Part shown: piece by piece, positions 1 to 9,503 of the stretch
Layout of the letters: the number at the start of each line of letters is the position of its first letter
How positions within the stretch are numbered: the stretch's first letter is position 1
Source of the DNA: Bacteroidales bacterium
GTDB taxonomy: Bacteria; Bacteroidota; Bacteroidia; Bacteroidales; UBA12077
Reading direction: 5' to 3'
DNA length: 64,000 nt
Assembly (NCBI GenBank): GCA_036351015.1
Contig: JAZBOG010000013.1
Span: forward strand, 2,998 to 66,997
Program-made: the position numbers and the translations under genes
The notes under the pieces: generated by a model
The model's input: the letters and a program-made list of their open reading frames with translations, nothing else
Database searches by the model: none
What the model was told of the DNA's origin: nothing

Positions 1-722
1 AAATTCTCTCGGTTCTCCTGGATAATGCAGTTAAATTTACTGAAAAAGGAAGGATTGAATTCGGTTTTACACATCCTTCCGAAGAGGATATTCAATTCTA
101 TGTTAAGGATACAGGGATCGGGCTGGATGATCAATATCAGGATGTAATCTTTGAAAGATTCAGGCAGGTTGATGAAGGAGCTACCAAAAAATATGACGGA
201 GCAGGCATCGGGCTCTCCATTGCCAAAAAACTTACCCAATTGTTAAATGGAAAAATCTGGGTTGAATCAACCCTGGGGATGGGAGCTACCTTTTATGTAA
301 AAATCCCCCACAAGGGTCAGGAAACCGTTACCGAGCCAGTACAACCGGATACTTTTCACTGGAGTAATAAAAGGATCCTGGTTGCCGAAGATAAAAAAAT
401 AAATTTCGACATCATCCGTGAAACGCTTAGTATAACCCAGGCTGATCTGATTTGGGCAAAAAACGGGAAAGAAGCCATTGAAATTGTCCGCTCGGATCAT
501 GTTGATCTGATCCTTATGGATATTCAGATGCCTGTGATGGATGGTTATGAAACTACCCGGGAGATCAAAAAAATAAATGCGGATATCCCGATTATTGCCC
601 AAACAGCCTATGCCTTACCTCAGGACAATTTCAAATGTATGGATGCCGGTTGTGACGATTACATTGCCAAGCCCATTTCCATTGATCAGTTTCTGAATAA
701 AATCAACCGGTTTTTATCGTAG
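1..722 (+). CDS. Hybrid sensor histidine kinase, C-terminal part (HATPase_c + receiver domain); 5-prime end lies outside the window
   Basis: The reading frame is open from position 3. The translation ILSVLLDNAVKFTEKG...DTGIGL...GAGIGLSIAKKL...GMGATFYVKIP carries the N/G1/G2 ATPase boxes. A REC domain follows (ILVAEDKKINF...DLILMDIQMPVMDGYE...IAKPI). Confidence 0.85.
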   Translation, partial: ILSVLLDNAVKFTEKGRIEFGFTHPSEEDIQFYVKDTGIGLDDQYQDVIFERFRQVDEGATKKYDGAGIGLSIAKKLTQLLNGKIWVESTLGMGATFYVKIPHKGQETVTEPVQPDTFHWSNKRILVAEDKKINFDIIRETLSITQADLIWAKNGKEAIEIVRSDHVDLILMDIQMPVMDGYETTREIKKINADIPIIAQTAYALPQDNFKCMDAGCDDYIAKPISIDQFLNKINRFLS

Positions 723-729
723 TAAATCG

Positions 730-1539
730 CTAAAGAGCTTTGCGCAGATGGCTTAATTTTGTCAACAGCTTTTCCAGGTAATCCAGGTGGAGCATATTGG
801 CTCCATCCGATTTGGCCTGTCGGGGATCCGGATGGGTTTCTATAAACAGGCCGTCAGCACCTACAGCAATCCCGGCTTTCGCAATCGTTTCGATCAGTTC
901 TGGTTTTCCTCCGGTAACTCCCGATGATTGGTTCGGTTGTTGTAAGCTGTGGGTAATATCTAATATTACAGGATGTCCAAATTGTTGCATTTCAGGGATT
1001 CCCCGGTAATCAATAATCAGGTCCTGGTAACCAAACATCGTTCCCCGTTCGGTTAACATCACCTTTTCGTTGCCGGATTCAACCACCTTATCTACGGCAA
1101 ACTTCATCGATGCCGGGGAAAGAAACTGACCTTTCTTGATATTTACCACTTTTCCCGTTTGAGCAGCGGCAACCAGCAGATCTGTTTGGCGGCAGAGAAA
1201 AGCGGGAATCTGTAATACATCCACATAGGAGGCTGCCCGTTCGGCCTCTTCGGCCGTATGAATATCGGTAACTACCGGTACCTTAAGCTGCTCACGTACT
1301 TTTCCCAGGATCTCTAATGCCTTTTCATCCCCAATGCCGGTGAATGAATCGATCCGGGAACGGTTGGCCTTACGGTATGAGGCTTTAAAAATATATGGAA
1401 TCTCCAGCCTGTCGGTTATCGCAATAACTTTTTCGGCGATCCTGAAAACCATCTCTTCACTTTCAACGACACAGGGGCCAGCCAGTAAGAAAAAATTATC
1501 CTTAGCTGTAAATTTTATGTGGGGAATTTGATCAAGCAT
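730..1539 (-). CDS. kdsA: 3-deoxy-8-phosphooctulonate (KDO-8-P) synthase
   Basis: The 269-aa product matches the KdsA family pattern over its full length (FLLAGPCVVESEE, FKASYRKANRS, DITHSLQQP, GLFIETHPDP). Confidence 0.9.
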   Translation of the reverse strand: MLDQIPHIKFTAKDNFFLLAGPCVVESEEMVFRIAEKVIAITDRLEIPYIFKASYRKANRSRIDSFTGIGDEKALEILGKVREQLKVPVVTDIHTAEEAERAASYVDVLQIPAFLCRQTDLLVAAAQTGKVVNIKKGQFLSPASMKFAVDKVVESGNEKVMLTERGTMFGYQDLIIDYRGIPEMQQFGHPVILDITHSLQQPNQSSGVTGGKPELIETIAKAGIAVGADGLFIETHPDPRQAKSDGANMLHLDYLEKLLTKLSHLRKAL

Positions 1540-1574
1540 AGTATAAGATTTAAAGGTTTATTCGGTGTATAAAA

Positions 1575-2867
1575 TTAATAATTATATTTTCCTTTCCAGA
1601 GATTTTTTAATCGATTGAGCAATTCTGTCTCTTTGCTGTTTTTTTGAGGTTTGTAAATAATTGTATTCTTTAGTGCTTCGGGCAAGAAATCATCCTGTAC
1701 AAAATTTCCTTCATAGCTGTGAGCATATTTATAATTCTTGCCATATCCCAAATTTTTCATCAAACGGGTGGGAGCATTTCTGATATGCAAAGGCACCGGC
1801 AGGTCTCCTTTTTCTTTCACCCATTGTTGTGCTTCGTTGATCGCCTGGTAGGCCGAATTACTTTTGGGCGATGTAGCCAGGTACAGGGTAACCTCGGAGA
1901 GGATAATCCGGGATTCGGGCCATCCGATTTTATTTACGGCATCAAACCCGTTGTTTGCCAGGAGCAGAGCATTGGGATTGGCCAGGCCGATATCTTCCGC
2001 CGAAAGAATCAGTAGCCTGCGGGCAATAAACTTCGGATCCTCACCTCCTTCAATCATCCTTGCCAGCCAATATACGGCTGCATTGGGATCACTGCCACGT
2101 ACCGATTTGATGAAAGCAGAAATTATATCATAATGCTGTTCCCCTTTTTTATCATAGGTTGCAATATTTTCCTGCAAAATTTCCACCACGACCTTATTGT
2201 TAATGGTAATCTTATCCCCCTGGAGCCTGGCTTTTTCGGTATTGATTACCAACTCCAGAATGTTATACAATTTCCTTGCGTCACCTCCCGAATAACGAAC
2301 CAGGGAGTCATACTCTGCAAGTTCTATGGGAAGTTCCCTTAAATAGGTGTCCTGTTTCAGGGCCCGGTCAATGAGTGTAGTCAAATCCTCTTCTTCCAGG
2401 GGTTTTAGAACATAAACCTGGCACCGCGAAAGGAGAGGAGAGATAACCTCAAAGGAGGGGTTCTCGGTAGTGGCTCCGATTAAAATAAAAATACCCTGTT
2501 CAACGGCTGCCAGCAGGGAGTCCTGCTGCGATTTATTAAACCGGTGGATTTCATCAATGAAAAGAATGGGGTTGGGTGCATCAAAAAACTGTTGTTTTTT
2601 GGCCTTTTCGATGGTTTCACGGACATCCTTCACCCCGGAGTGCACGGCACTCAAGGTAAAAAAAGGGCGATGCTGCTGGTTGGCAATGATTTTGGCCAGG
2701 GTGGTTTTTCCCACACCCGGGGGGCCCCATAGGATAAACGAAGGAATATTTCCTGATTCAATGGCTTTTCGTAAGATCGCATTTTCACCCACCAGGTGTT
2801 CCTGCCCGATATATTCATCCAGGGTTTTCGGTCGCAGCCGGTCGGCTAAAGGTTGATTGATGGCCAT
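1575..2867 (-). CDS. rarA: Replication-associated recombination protein A (AAA+ ATPase)
   Basis: It has Walker A GPPGVGKTT, Walker B FIDEIHRFNK and an MgsA-type C-terminal region (AVYWLARMIEGGEDP). The track ORF extends to 2948, but I placed the start at MAINQPLADRLRP. Confidence 0.88.
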   Translation of the reverse strand: MAINQPLADRLRPKTLDEYIGQEHLVGENAILRKAIESGNIPSFILWGPPGVGKTTLAKIIANQQHRPFFTLSAVHSGVKDVRETIEKAKKQQFFDAPNPILFIDEIHRFNKSQQDSLLAAVEQGIFILIGATTENPSFEVISPLLSRCQVYVLKPLEEEDLTTLIDRALKQDTYLRELPIELAEYDSLVRYSGGDARKLYNILELVINTEKARLQGDKITINNKVVVEILQENIATYDKKGEQHYDIISAFIKSVRGSDPNAAVYWLARMIEGGEDPKFIARRLLILSAEDIGLANPNALLLANNGFDAVNKIGWPESRIILSEVTLYLATSPKSNSAYQAINEAQQWVKEKGDLPVPLHIRNAPTRLMKNLGYGKNYKYAHSYEGNFVQDDFLPEALKNTIIYKPQKNSKETELLNRLKNLWKGKYNY

Positions 2868-3019
2868 ATTCAAACAATTGTTGGGTTTGCTTGATGAATC
2901 GACTGATGGATTGATGGATAACATTTTTTCCGATTCACCGTAAAACAATTTATATTTAACCCTACAAAAATAAACTTTTTAATCGTTATCCGAACGAAAC
3001 ACACGAAAAACCTGATATT

Positions 3020-4144
3020 ATGAAAAAACACAGATTCTTTGCAAAAATCATGGCCTTTTCTCTTTTGTTAGTATCATCAACAACTTTTGCTCAATTTAGC
3101 CAAATTGGAAATTTTATGGCAGGAAGCGCTGAAGATGCTGAGAAACTCTTCGAAGCCTATATTTCACCTTATGCCAATGGCATGGGAGCCGGTTTAAGTG
3201 CCGGCTGGTACAATACCGCCAAGTCACACAAGTTGGGTGGTTTTGATGTAACCGTAACCTTAAATACGGCTATTATTCCTTCTGCAGATAAAACTTTTGA
3301 TCCCGCAGGATTAAGTTTAGGGGAAGGGAGTTCACTGATTTCCAGGGTGGATTTTTCAGATAATGAATCTCCAACCGCCGCAGGTAAAAAAGAAGCAGGT
3401 ACCCTGGTAACCTATTATACCGAATTGCCTCTGGCCGGTGAAACAGAACTGGCTTCTTTTAATTTACCGAAAGGATCTGGATTTGGGTATACCCCAACCC
3501 CAATGGTTCAGTTAGGAGTCGGTACGGTAAAAGAAACAGACATTATTGTACGCTATTCCCCCGAATTAAGCATCGGTAGTGGTGGAAAAGTGGGATTATG
3601 GGGGGTTGGAATAAAACATAGCCTGAAGCAATGGATTCCTGCACTAAAAAGACTCCCTGTTTTCGAGATGTCTGTTATGGGTGGATATACACAATTAACC
3701 TCAACTACCGATATCAACTTTATGCCTTCATTTTACCAGGATTATTCCAGCAATGTAAATGTTTTGCCCTATGATGAAAGCTTTTATTCAGGACAACAGA
3801 TGCTACTGGATATCAACAATATTACAGCCAACCTACTGGTTTCTGCCAATCTGCCGGTAATCTGTATTTACGGTGGAGTAGGAATCAGCTCAAGTACAAC
3901 CAATTTGAAACTCGCCGGAAACTATCCATTTCCTCAGATACAGGGAGATCAGGTAGTAGTTGATTATGATACAGCGGTGAAAGACCCGATAGACATTTCC
4001 ATTAAAAATAAAGACGGAAGCGTAACCCAGCCCAGGTTAAACGCAGGTTTTCGGTTGAAATTTGCCGTGGTTACCCTCCATTTCGACTATACCTATGCCA
4101 ATTATTCCATCGCCACAGCCGGCCTGGGGGTAACCTTACGATAA
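3020..4144 (+). CDS. Secreted / outer-membrane-like protein of unknown function
   Basis: There is an N-terminal signal peptide (MKKHRFFAKIMAFSLLLVSSTTFAQ). The composition is beta-rich and Gly/Tyr-rich, and the C-terminal aromatic-containing strand is typical of OM barrels. I recognise no catalytic motif. Confidence 0.6.
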   Translation: MKKHRFFAKIMAFSLLLVSSTTFAQFSQIGNFMAGSAEDAEKLFEAYISPYANGMGAGLSAGWYNTAKSHKLGGFDVTVTLNTAIIPSADKTFDPAGLSLGEGSSLISRVDFSDNESPTAAGKKEAGTLVTYYTELPLAGETELASFNLPKGSGFGYTPTPMVQLGVGTVKETDIIVRYSPELSIGSGGKVGLWGVGIKHSLKQWIPALKRLPVFEMSVMGGYTQLTSTTDINFMPSFYQDYSSNVNVLPYDESFYSGQQMLLDINNITANLLVSANLPVICIYGGVGISSSTTNLKLAGNYPFPQIQGDQVVVDYDTAVKDPIDISIKNKDGSVTQPRLNAGFRLKFAVVTLHFDYTYANYSIATAGLGVTLR

Positions 4145-4167
4145 ACTACATCTTTAACAAAAAAAAT

Positions 4168-4199
4168 AAAACCCGCTGAAAGTTTCAGCGGGTTTTTTT
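4168..4199. terminator. Bidirectional intrinsic terminator between convergent genes
   Basis: The sequence AAAACCCGCTGAAAGTTTCAGCGGGTTTTTTT forms a 9-bp GC-rich stem flanked by an A-run and a T-run. Confidence 0.65.
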
Positions 4200-4215
4200 A
4201 GGCCTGGTATCAGGT

Positions 4216-6525
4216 TTACTTCGAATATTCGGTAATGTCGGTGGCAATCTTGAGCACTTTTAAGGGGGATCCGTCTTCGTCAAGAATGGGTGTATAGGTT
4301 GCCACAAAAACATATTTTTTTTCCTCAAATTCCACACGCTCGGTCTCCTTTTTCGTAATTCCGTTGCGTAAATCATTCCAGAACAACTCGTTATCCTTCA
4401 ACTGGGCTTTGGTCAGTTTCATGTTATCGGTATGATGGGTTCCGATCAGCTGATCGCTCGTGGTACCCACCAGTTGCAGGTAGTTGTCATTAACCGAGAT
4501 GATCCGCCCATCCAGGTCATATTCGATCACCAGGTTGGCACGGTTCAGCGCATCGAGTAATCCCTGCATTTCGGCACTTCGCCGGGCCGCTTCTTCCTGG
4601 GTAGCCTGGAGTTCTTCCATATTCTGACGCATCTCTTCTTCCTGGGCTGCCATCTCCTCACTCTGCTGCTGGGATTGTTCCAGCAACTGGTTGGTCCGGA
4701 TATTAATCTTGGTCGTAGAAATCGTTGAGGCAATACTTTCACCGACCTCTTCGACAAACTTAATTACATGATCCTCAAAGGAATTAAATCCTGCCAGCTC
4801 AACAACACCATGGATTTCATCGTTCACCTTTAGCGGAACAATAAGCAGGGCATTGGGAACCGATTCACCCAGCCCAGAAGTAATATTGATATACTCTTCG
4901 GGTAAATCGGTCATATAAATAGTTTTTTGCTCCTGAACACAACGACCGATTAATCCAACGCCTATATCAATCCGTTTTTCCATATATTTTCGCCGTTCGT
5001 AAGCGTAACAGGCAAGCAATTCAATAAACTTATCTTTCTGGTCATCATCATTAATAATAAATAATCCCCCCTGGTTGGCATCGATGTATTTAACCAGGTT
5101 ACTGATAATATGATACGCAAATTCGTTCATGTCGTCGTTATTCTGCCGCAGGATCTCTCCAAATTTAGCCAGTCCCTGGGTAGCCCAGTTTTGTTTTTGG
5201 TCTTCCACTTTTCTCTTTTCTTCCTGTTCCCGGGCAATCTTTAAACTTTTACGCATCTCTAACAACGAGTTTCCTAAAACATCCTTATCGCTCAGGAGTT
5301 CAAACTCCTTGTCCAGGTTTCCTTTTCCGATTTCCCGGGCAAAACCGGCAGTCTTGTTTAGCCCGTCGATCAACGTGTTGACCGATTGATTCATTTCCCC
5401 GATCTCGTCTTTTGATTTGATCTTAACTTTTTTCGACTCATCGATATCCCCCCGGGCTAAATCACTTAATACCCTAGTGGTTTTAACTACCGGTTGGGAA
5501 ATATTGTGAGCAATAATCCAGGTAATGAGAGCAATCAGGATTAAGCCTATCAATCCAACGATAATGGATCGCTTGAGTGTTGCTTTTGATTCTTCCATAA
5601 TGATATGAACAGGAACGGCAAAACCAAAGGACCAGGGGGTAGGACTTTCGCCAATATAAACGGGAGCAAAAGAGACCCAGTATTCTTTTCCGTCTTCACC
5701 GGTTATGGTATAGGAAAACTCTTCGCCTTCCTGGATATTTTGAAGCAATTCATCCGTTTCCAAGATCTTACTCCAGTCTTCTTCGATAAATTTACCTACC
5801 AGCTGTTCATTGTTATGGGCAACATATTGCCCGTTACAGGCGATTAAGAAGGCATAACTCTGGTCAATGGGGTGAATATTGACAATTAAATCCTGGAAAC
5901 GCTGCAAGGGAAGATCAAAGCCTGCTAATCCAACGGCTTTATTTTGATCTAATATGGGAACGGCAACACTGGTTTCCAGAACCTCTTCTTCTCCGGCCTG
6001 GTAGGTAAAATAGTAAGGATCCATAACATATTCAACCTTCTTATTCAGAATATCATAATAGGCACCGCGGGTAAACCCCGGAACCGTATCCAGAATCTCT
6101 TCCTTATAAAGTATCTGTCCACCCATCCGGTAATAGGTCAACCGCAAACGGCCATGAGGCTTATCCCAGTCGGGCCAGATAGCACTTAATTCCCAATTGT
6201 ACCAGGTGGATAAAAAATTGGGATTATCCTTAATTAAGTGCAGCAGCATCTCTTTCTGAATCTCTTTTCGATTCTGCGGATCAAGATTTTTATATCCTTT
6301 GGATACCTGTGCCAGAGCCCTGGTCATATTCATGTCCACATTTAAATCCGCTTTAACATAGTTGGCATATTCGCGGGCATAGGTGTCGGTTAACTCTTTG
6401 GCATTGTTAAATGCTATATTATTTAGTTTTAAACTAACATAACCCAAAGCTAATGCATAAATTATGGATGACGCGGTAAGAATATATACCAGCATCTTTG
6501 TTTTAAGATTCATCTTGATCTTCAT
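4216..6525 (-). CDS. Membrane sensor protein: periplasmic Cache-like domain, TM, HAMP, GAF, coiled coil, PAS; no recognisable output domain
   Basis: Two TM segments flank a roughly 290-aa extracytoplasmic region. A HAMP-like segment follows the second TM (ISQPVVKTTRVLSDLARGDID...). Next come a GAF-like block (GGLFIINDDD...IGRCVQEQKTIYMTD...VPLKVNDEIHGVVELA), a Glu/Gln-rich coiled coil and a C-terminal PAS-like block (VIEYDLDGRIISVND...). Confidence 0.75.
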   Translation of the reverse strand: MKIKMNLKTKMLVYILTASSIIYALALGYVSLKLNNIAFNNAKELTDTYAREYANYVKADLNVDMNMTRALAQVSKGYKNLDPQNRKEIQKEMLLHLIKDNPNFLSTWYNWELSAIWPDWDKPHGRLRLTYYRMGGQILYKEEILDTVPGFTRGAYYDILNKKVEYVMDPYYFTYQAGEEEVLETSVAVPILDQNKAVGLAGFDLPLQRFQDLIVNIHPIDQSYAFLIACNGQYVAHNNEQLVGKFIEEDWSKILETDELLQNIQEGEEFSYTITGEDGKEYWVSFAPVYIGESPTPWSFGFAVPVHIIMEESKATLKRSIIVGLIGLILIALITWIIAHNISQPVVKTTRVLSDLARGDIDESKKVKIKSKDEIGEMNQSVNTLIDGLNKTAGFAREIGKGNLDKEFELLSDKDVLGNSLLEMRKSLKIAREQEEKRKVEDQKQNWATQGLAKFGEILRQNNDDMNEFAYHIISNLVKYIDANQGGLFIINDDDQKDKFIELLACYAYERRKYMEKRIDIGVGLIGRCVQEQKTIYMTDLPEEYINITSGLGESVPNALLIVPLKVNDEIHGVVELAGFNSFEDHVIKFVEEVGESIASTISTTKINIRTNQLLEQSQQQSEEMAAQEEEMRQNMEELQATQEEAARRSAEMQGLLDALNRANLVIEYDLDGRIISVNDNYLQLVGTTSDQLIGTHHTDNMKLTKAQLKDNELFWNDLRNGITKKETERVEFEEKKYVFVATYTPILDEDGSPLKVLKIATDITEYSK

Positions 6526-6751
6526 GGGGTTGTATCTTTATGTGTTTAGGTTTAAGAATTATTGGATAATATCCACTATTTAGAGCACACAATGTATAAA
6601 AAAAAAATCATTTTTGAAAACAATAGAAAAAAATGGGCAAATCGGATCAAAGATTAAACAAAATGTTAATAAATCCATATCCAATCGTTAGTAAAAAAAG
6701 GAAATAAAGTGTTTTCTTAGCATAGCTGTTTACCAACAAATAACCAAACTT

Positions 6752-8545
6752 ATGATATTAGCACGTATTGACTGGGCAATTGTGTTTTCATTCTTTGTTC
6801 TTTCCCTGCTGATAGGGATCTATTCGGCCAGAAAAGCAGGAAAGAGTGCCTCGGAGTTTTTCCTTTCCAACCGGAACATGCCCTGGTGGTTACTGGGGGT
6901 ATCGATGGTAGCCACTACTTTCTCGTGTGATACCCCGAACCTGGTTACCGATATTGTACGGCAGGACGGGGTGTATGGTAACTGGGCCTGGTGGGCCTTC
7001 CTATTAACCGGTATGCTTACCGTCTTTATCTATGCCAAACTATGGCGCCGGTCGGGGGTAATGACAGATCTTGAATTTTATGAAATCCGCTACAGTGGAA
7101 AAATAGCTGCTTTTTTACGGGGATTCAGGGCCATATACCTGGGAGCCTTTTTTAATATTTTTATCATTGCTACGGTTTCGTTGGCATTAATAAAGATCAG
7201 TGCGGTCATGCTTCAATGGCCCCCTGTAAAAACGATTCTTATTGCTTCCCTGATCACTGTTATATACAGCACACTGGGCGGTTTACGGGGAATTTTACTC
7301 ACCGACTTTTTCCAGTTTTTTATGTCGATGGCAGGTGCCATTGGGGCTGCGATCATTGTATTAAAGATGCCCGAAGTAGGAGGGATGGAAGGTTTGGTTT
7401 CTCATCCCGAAGTCATTCCAAAACTCCGGTTTTTGCCTGATTTTTCCAATACCGAAGCATTAATAACCCTGTTGGTATTGCCCCTTGCCGTTCAATGGTG
7501 GAGCGTTTGGTACCCCGGGGCTGAACCCGGCGGAGGAGGATATATTGCCCAGCGTATGCTATCAGCACGTAACGAGAAGGGATCAATTCAGGCGACCTTG
7601 TTTTTCAACGTGGCTCATTATGCATTACGTCCCTGGCCATGGATCATTGTTGCCCTGGGCTCAGTCATTATCTTTCCTGACCTGATCAGTTTACAGCAAA
7701 CCTTTCCCAACATTGATCCTCAGCTGGTAAAACACGACCTGGCTTATCCGGCTATGCTCTCCATGCTTCCCAAAGGATTGCTGGGGCTGGTGGTGGCTTC
7801 GCTTATTGCCGCCTACATGTCTACGGTATCCACCCAGTTAAACTGGGGAGCTTCTTACCTGGTCAACGATTTTTATCAACGTTTTGTAAACACGAAAGCC
7901 TCTGAAAAACAGCTGGTAAGAGCCGGAAGGTTATTCACCGTTCTCCTGATGCTCTTGGCAGGTTTATTTACCCTGATCCTGAGTAATGCATTACAGGCTT
8001 TTCACATTATCCTGCAAATTGGCGCAGGTACCGGGCTGATTTTTATTCTTCGCTGGTTTTGGTGGAGGATCAATGCATTATCCGAGATTACAGCCATGGT
8101 GGTATCTTTCCTGGTTGCCCTCTTTTTACAGTTTGTCTATCCGCATTTGGGATATCCGCCCCTTTCAGGGCCGATCCAGATGCTCATCGGAGTCTTTATT
8201 ACCACGATGGCCTGGTTATCGGTTGCCCTTTTAACCCGGCCCACCGATGATAAAACCCTGATTCGGTTCTACCGGTTGGTTCAGCCAGGCGGACCGGGAT
8301 GGAAAAAAATGATTGCCAGAGCCCGGAAACAAGGCGTCGTGTTTAGCGACGAAAAGGAAAAAAGCTGGGATGTCCCCGCAGGGATCCTGTGCATGGTAAT
8401 CGGTGCCTTTGCCATCTATTCAGCACTCTTTGCTACCGGGTACTGGATCTACGGTCAATATCTTCAGGCTACAATTTTAACATTTGTGTCTATTTTGGCT
8501 ATCTTTGCCCTTCTTAAGTTATGGAGTAAACTCAAAATACAGTAA
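6752..8545 (+). CDS. Sodium:solute symporter (SSS) family transporter
   Basis: The 597-aa product is polytopic with about 13-14 TM segments. The pattern is SSS-like (GGGYIAQRMLSARNEK, WWxxW motifs). Confidence 0.85.
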   Translation: MILARIDWAIVFSFFVLSLLIGIYSARKAGKSASEFFLSNRNMPWWLLGVSMVATTFSCDTPNLVTDIVRQDGVYGNWAWWAFLLTGMLTVFIYAKLWRRSGVMTDLEFYEIRYSGKIAAFLRGFRAIYLGAFFNIFIIATVSLALIKISAVMLQWPPVKTILIASLITVIYSTLGGLRGILLTDFFQFFMSMAGAIGAAIIVLKMPEVGGMEGLVSHPEVIPKLRFLPDFSNTEALITLLVLPLAVQWWSVWYPGAEPGGGGYIAQRMLSARNEKGSIQATLFFNVAHYALRPWPWIIVALGSVIIFPDLISLQQTFPNIDPQLVKHDLAYPAMLSMLPKGLLGLVVASLIAAYMSTVSTQLNWGASYLVNDFYQRFVNTKASEKQLVRAGRLFTVLLMLLAGLFTLILSNALQAFHIILQIGAGTGLIFILRWFWWRINALSEITAMVVSFLVALFLQFVYPHLGYPPLSGPIQMLIGVFITTMAWLSVALLTRPTDDKTLIRFYRLVQPGGPGWKKMIARARKQGVVFSDEKEKSWDVPAGILCMVIGAFAIYSALFATGYWIYGQYLQATILTFVSILAIFALLKLWSKLKIQ

Positions 8546-8548
8546 GTT

Positions 8549-9469
8549 ATGGATTTAACCTTATTAGTTCTTGCAGCAGGGATGGGAAGCCGTTACGGAG
8601 GCTTAAAACAACTCGACCAGGTTGGCCCGTCGGGTGAAACAATCATCGATTACTCGGTATACGATGCCCTGGAAGCAGGCTTTACTAAAATCGTATTTAT
8701 TATCCGGAAGGATATTGAACAGGAGATGAAAGAACTGCTCTTTAAAAAATATAGCCAACGGATTCCCGTTGATTATGTTTTTCAGGAATTAGACAATGTC
8801 CCCGAAGGGATAAAAATACCGGAAAACCGGGTAAAACCCTGGGGAACCGGGCACGCCGTTTTAATGGCCAAAGATGTCATCCACGAGCCATTTGTGGTTA
8901 TTAATGCCGATGACTTTTATGGGAAAGGAGCCTTTCGGGTTGTGGCAGATTATATCCGGAGCCAGCAACATGATTTAAGCGGCAAGTATTGTATGGCCGG
9001 GTACCTGCTCAAAAATACCTTATCTGACCATGGTACCGTTTCCCGGGGCGTTTGCCGCGTAAACGAAAACCATGAACTGGTTGATATAACCGAAAGAACC
9101 AAAATTGGCCGGGAAAACCACCAGATTGTTGCGGATAGCGAACAAGGAAAACTATCTTTTACCGGGGATGAATATGTATCAATGAACTTCTGGGGGTTTA
9201 CTCCCGATGTATTCCCTGAACTGGAAGCTGAATTCAAAAAGTTTATTCAGCAAAATTCGGATCAGCCCAAAGCTGAATATTATATTCCAAGCATTGTAAG
9301 TCACCAGATGGAAAATCATCAGGCAACGGTAAAAGTAATCCCTGCCAATAGCCAGTGGTTTGGTGTTACCTACCGGGAGGATAAGCCGGTAGTGATCGAA
9401 AAAATCAAGGAATTGACCCGGGCAGGAGAATACCCGGCAAAACTTTGGGATGAACCTCTAAAATCATAA
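8549..9469 (+). CDS. Sugar-1-phosphate nucleotidyltransferase family protein
   Basis: The N-terminal LAAGMGSRYGG matches the GxG(T/S)R signature of NTP-transferases. The start lies 3 nt after the transporter stop. Confidence 0.8.
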   Translation: MDLTLLVLAAGMGSRYGGLKQLDQVGPSGETIIDYSVYDALEAGFTKIVFIIRKDIEQEMKELLFKKYSQRIPVDYVFQELDNVPEGIKIPENRVKPWGTGHAVLMAKDVIHEPFVVINADDFYGKGAFRVVADYIRSQQHDLSGKYCMAGYLLKNTLSDHGTVSRGVCRVNENHELVDITERTKIGRENHQIVADSEQGKLSFTGDEYVSMNFWGFTPDVFPELEAEFKKFIQQNSDQPKAEYYIPSIVSHQMENHQATVKVIPANSQWFGVTYREDKPVVIEKIKELTRAGEYPAKLWDEPLKS

Positions 9470-9503
9470 GAAAACCCGGATTCCCTGTTCCGGGATTTAC
9501 AGG

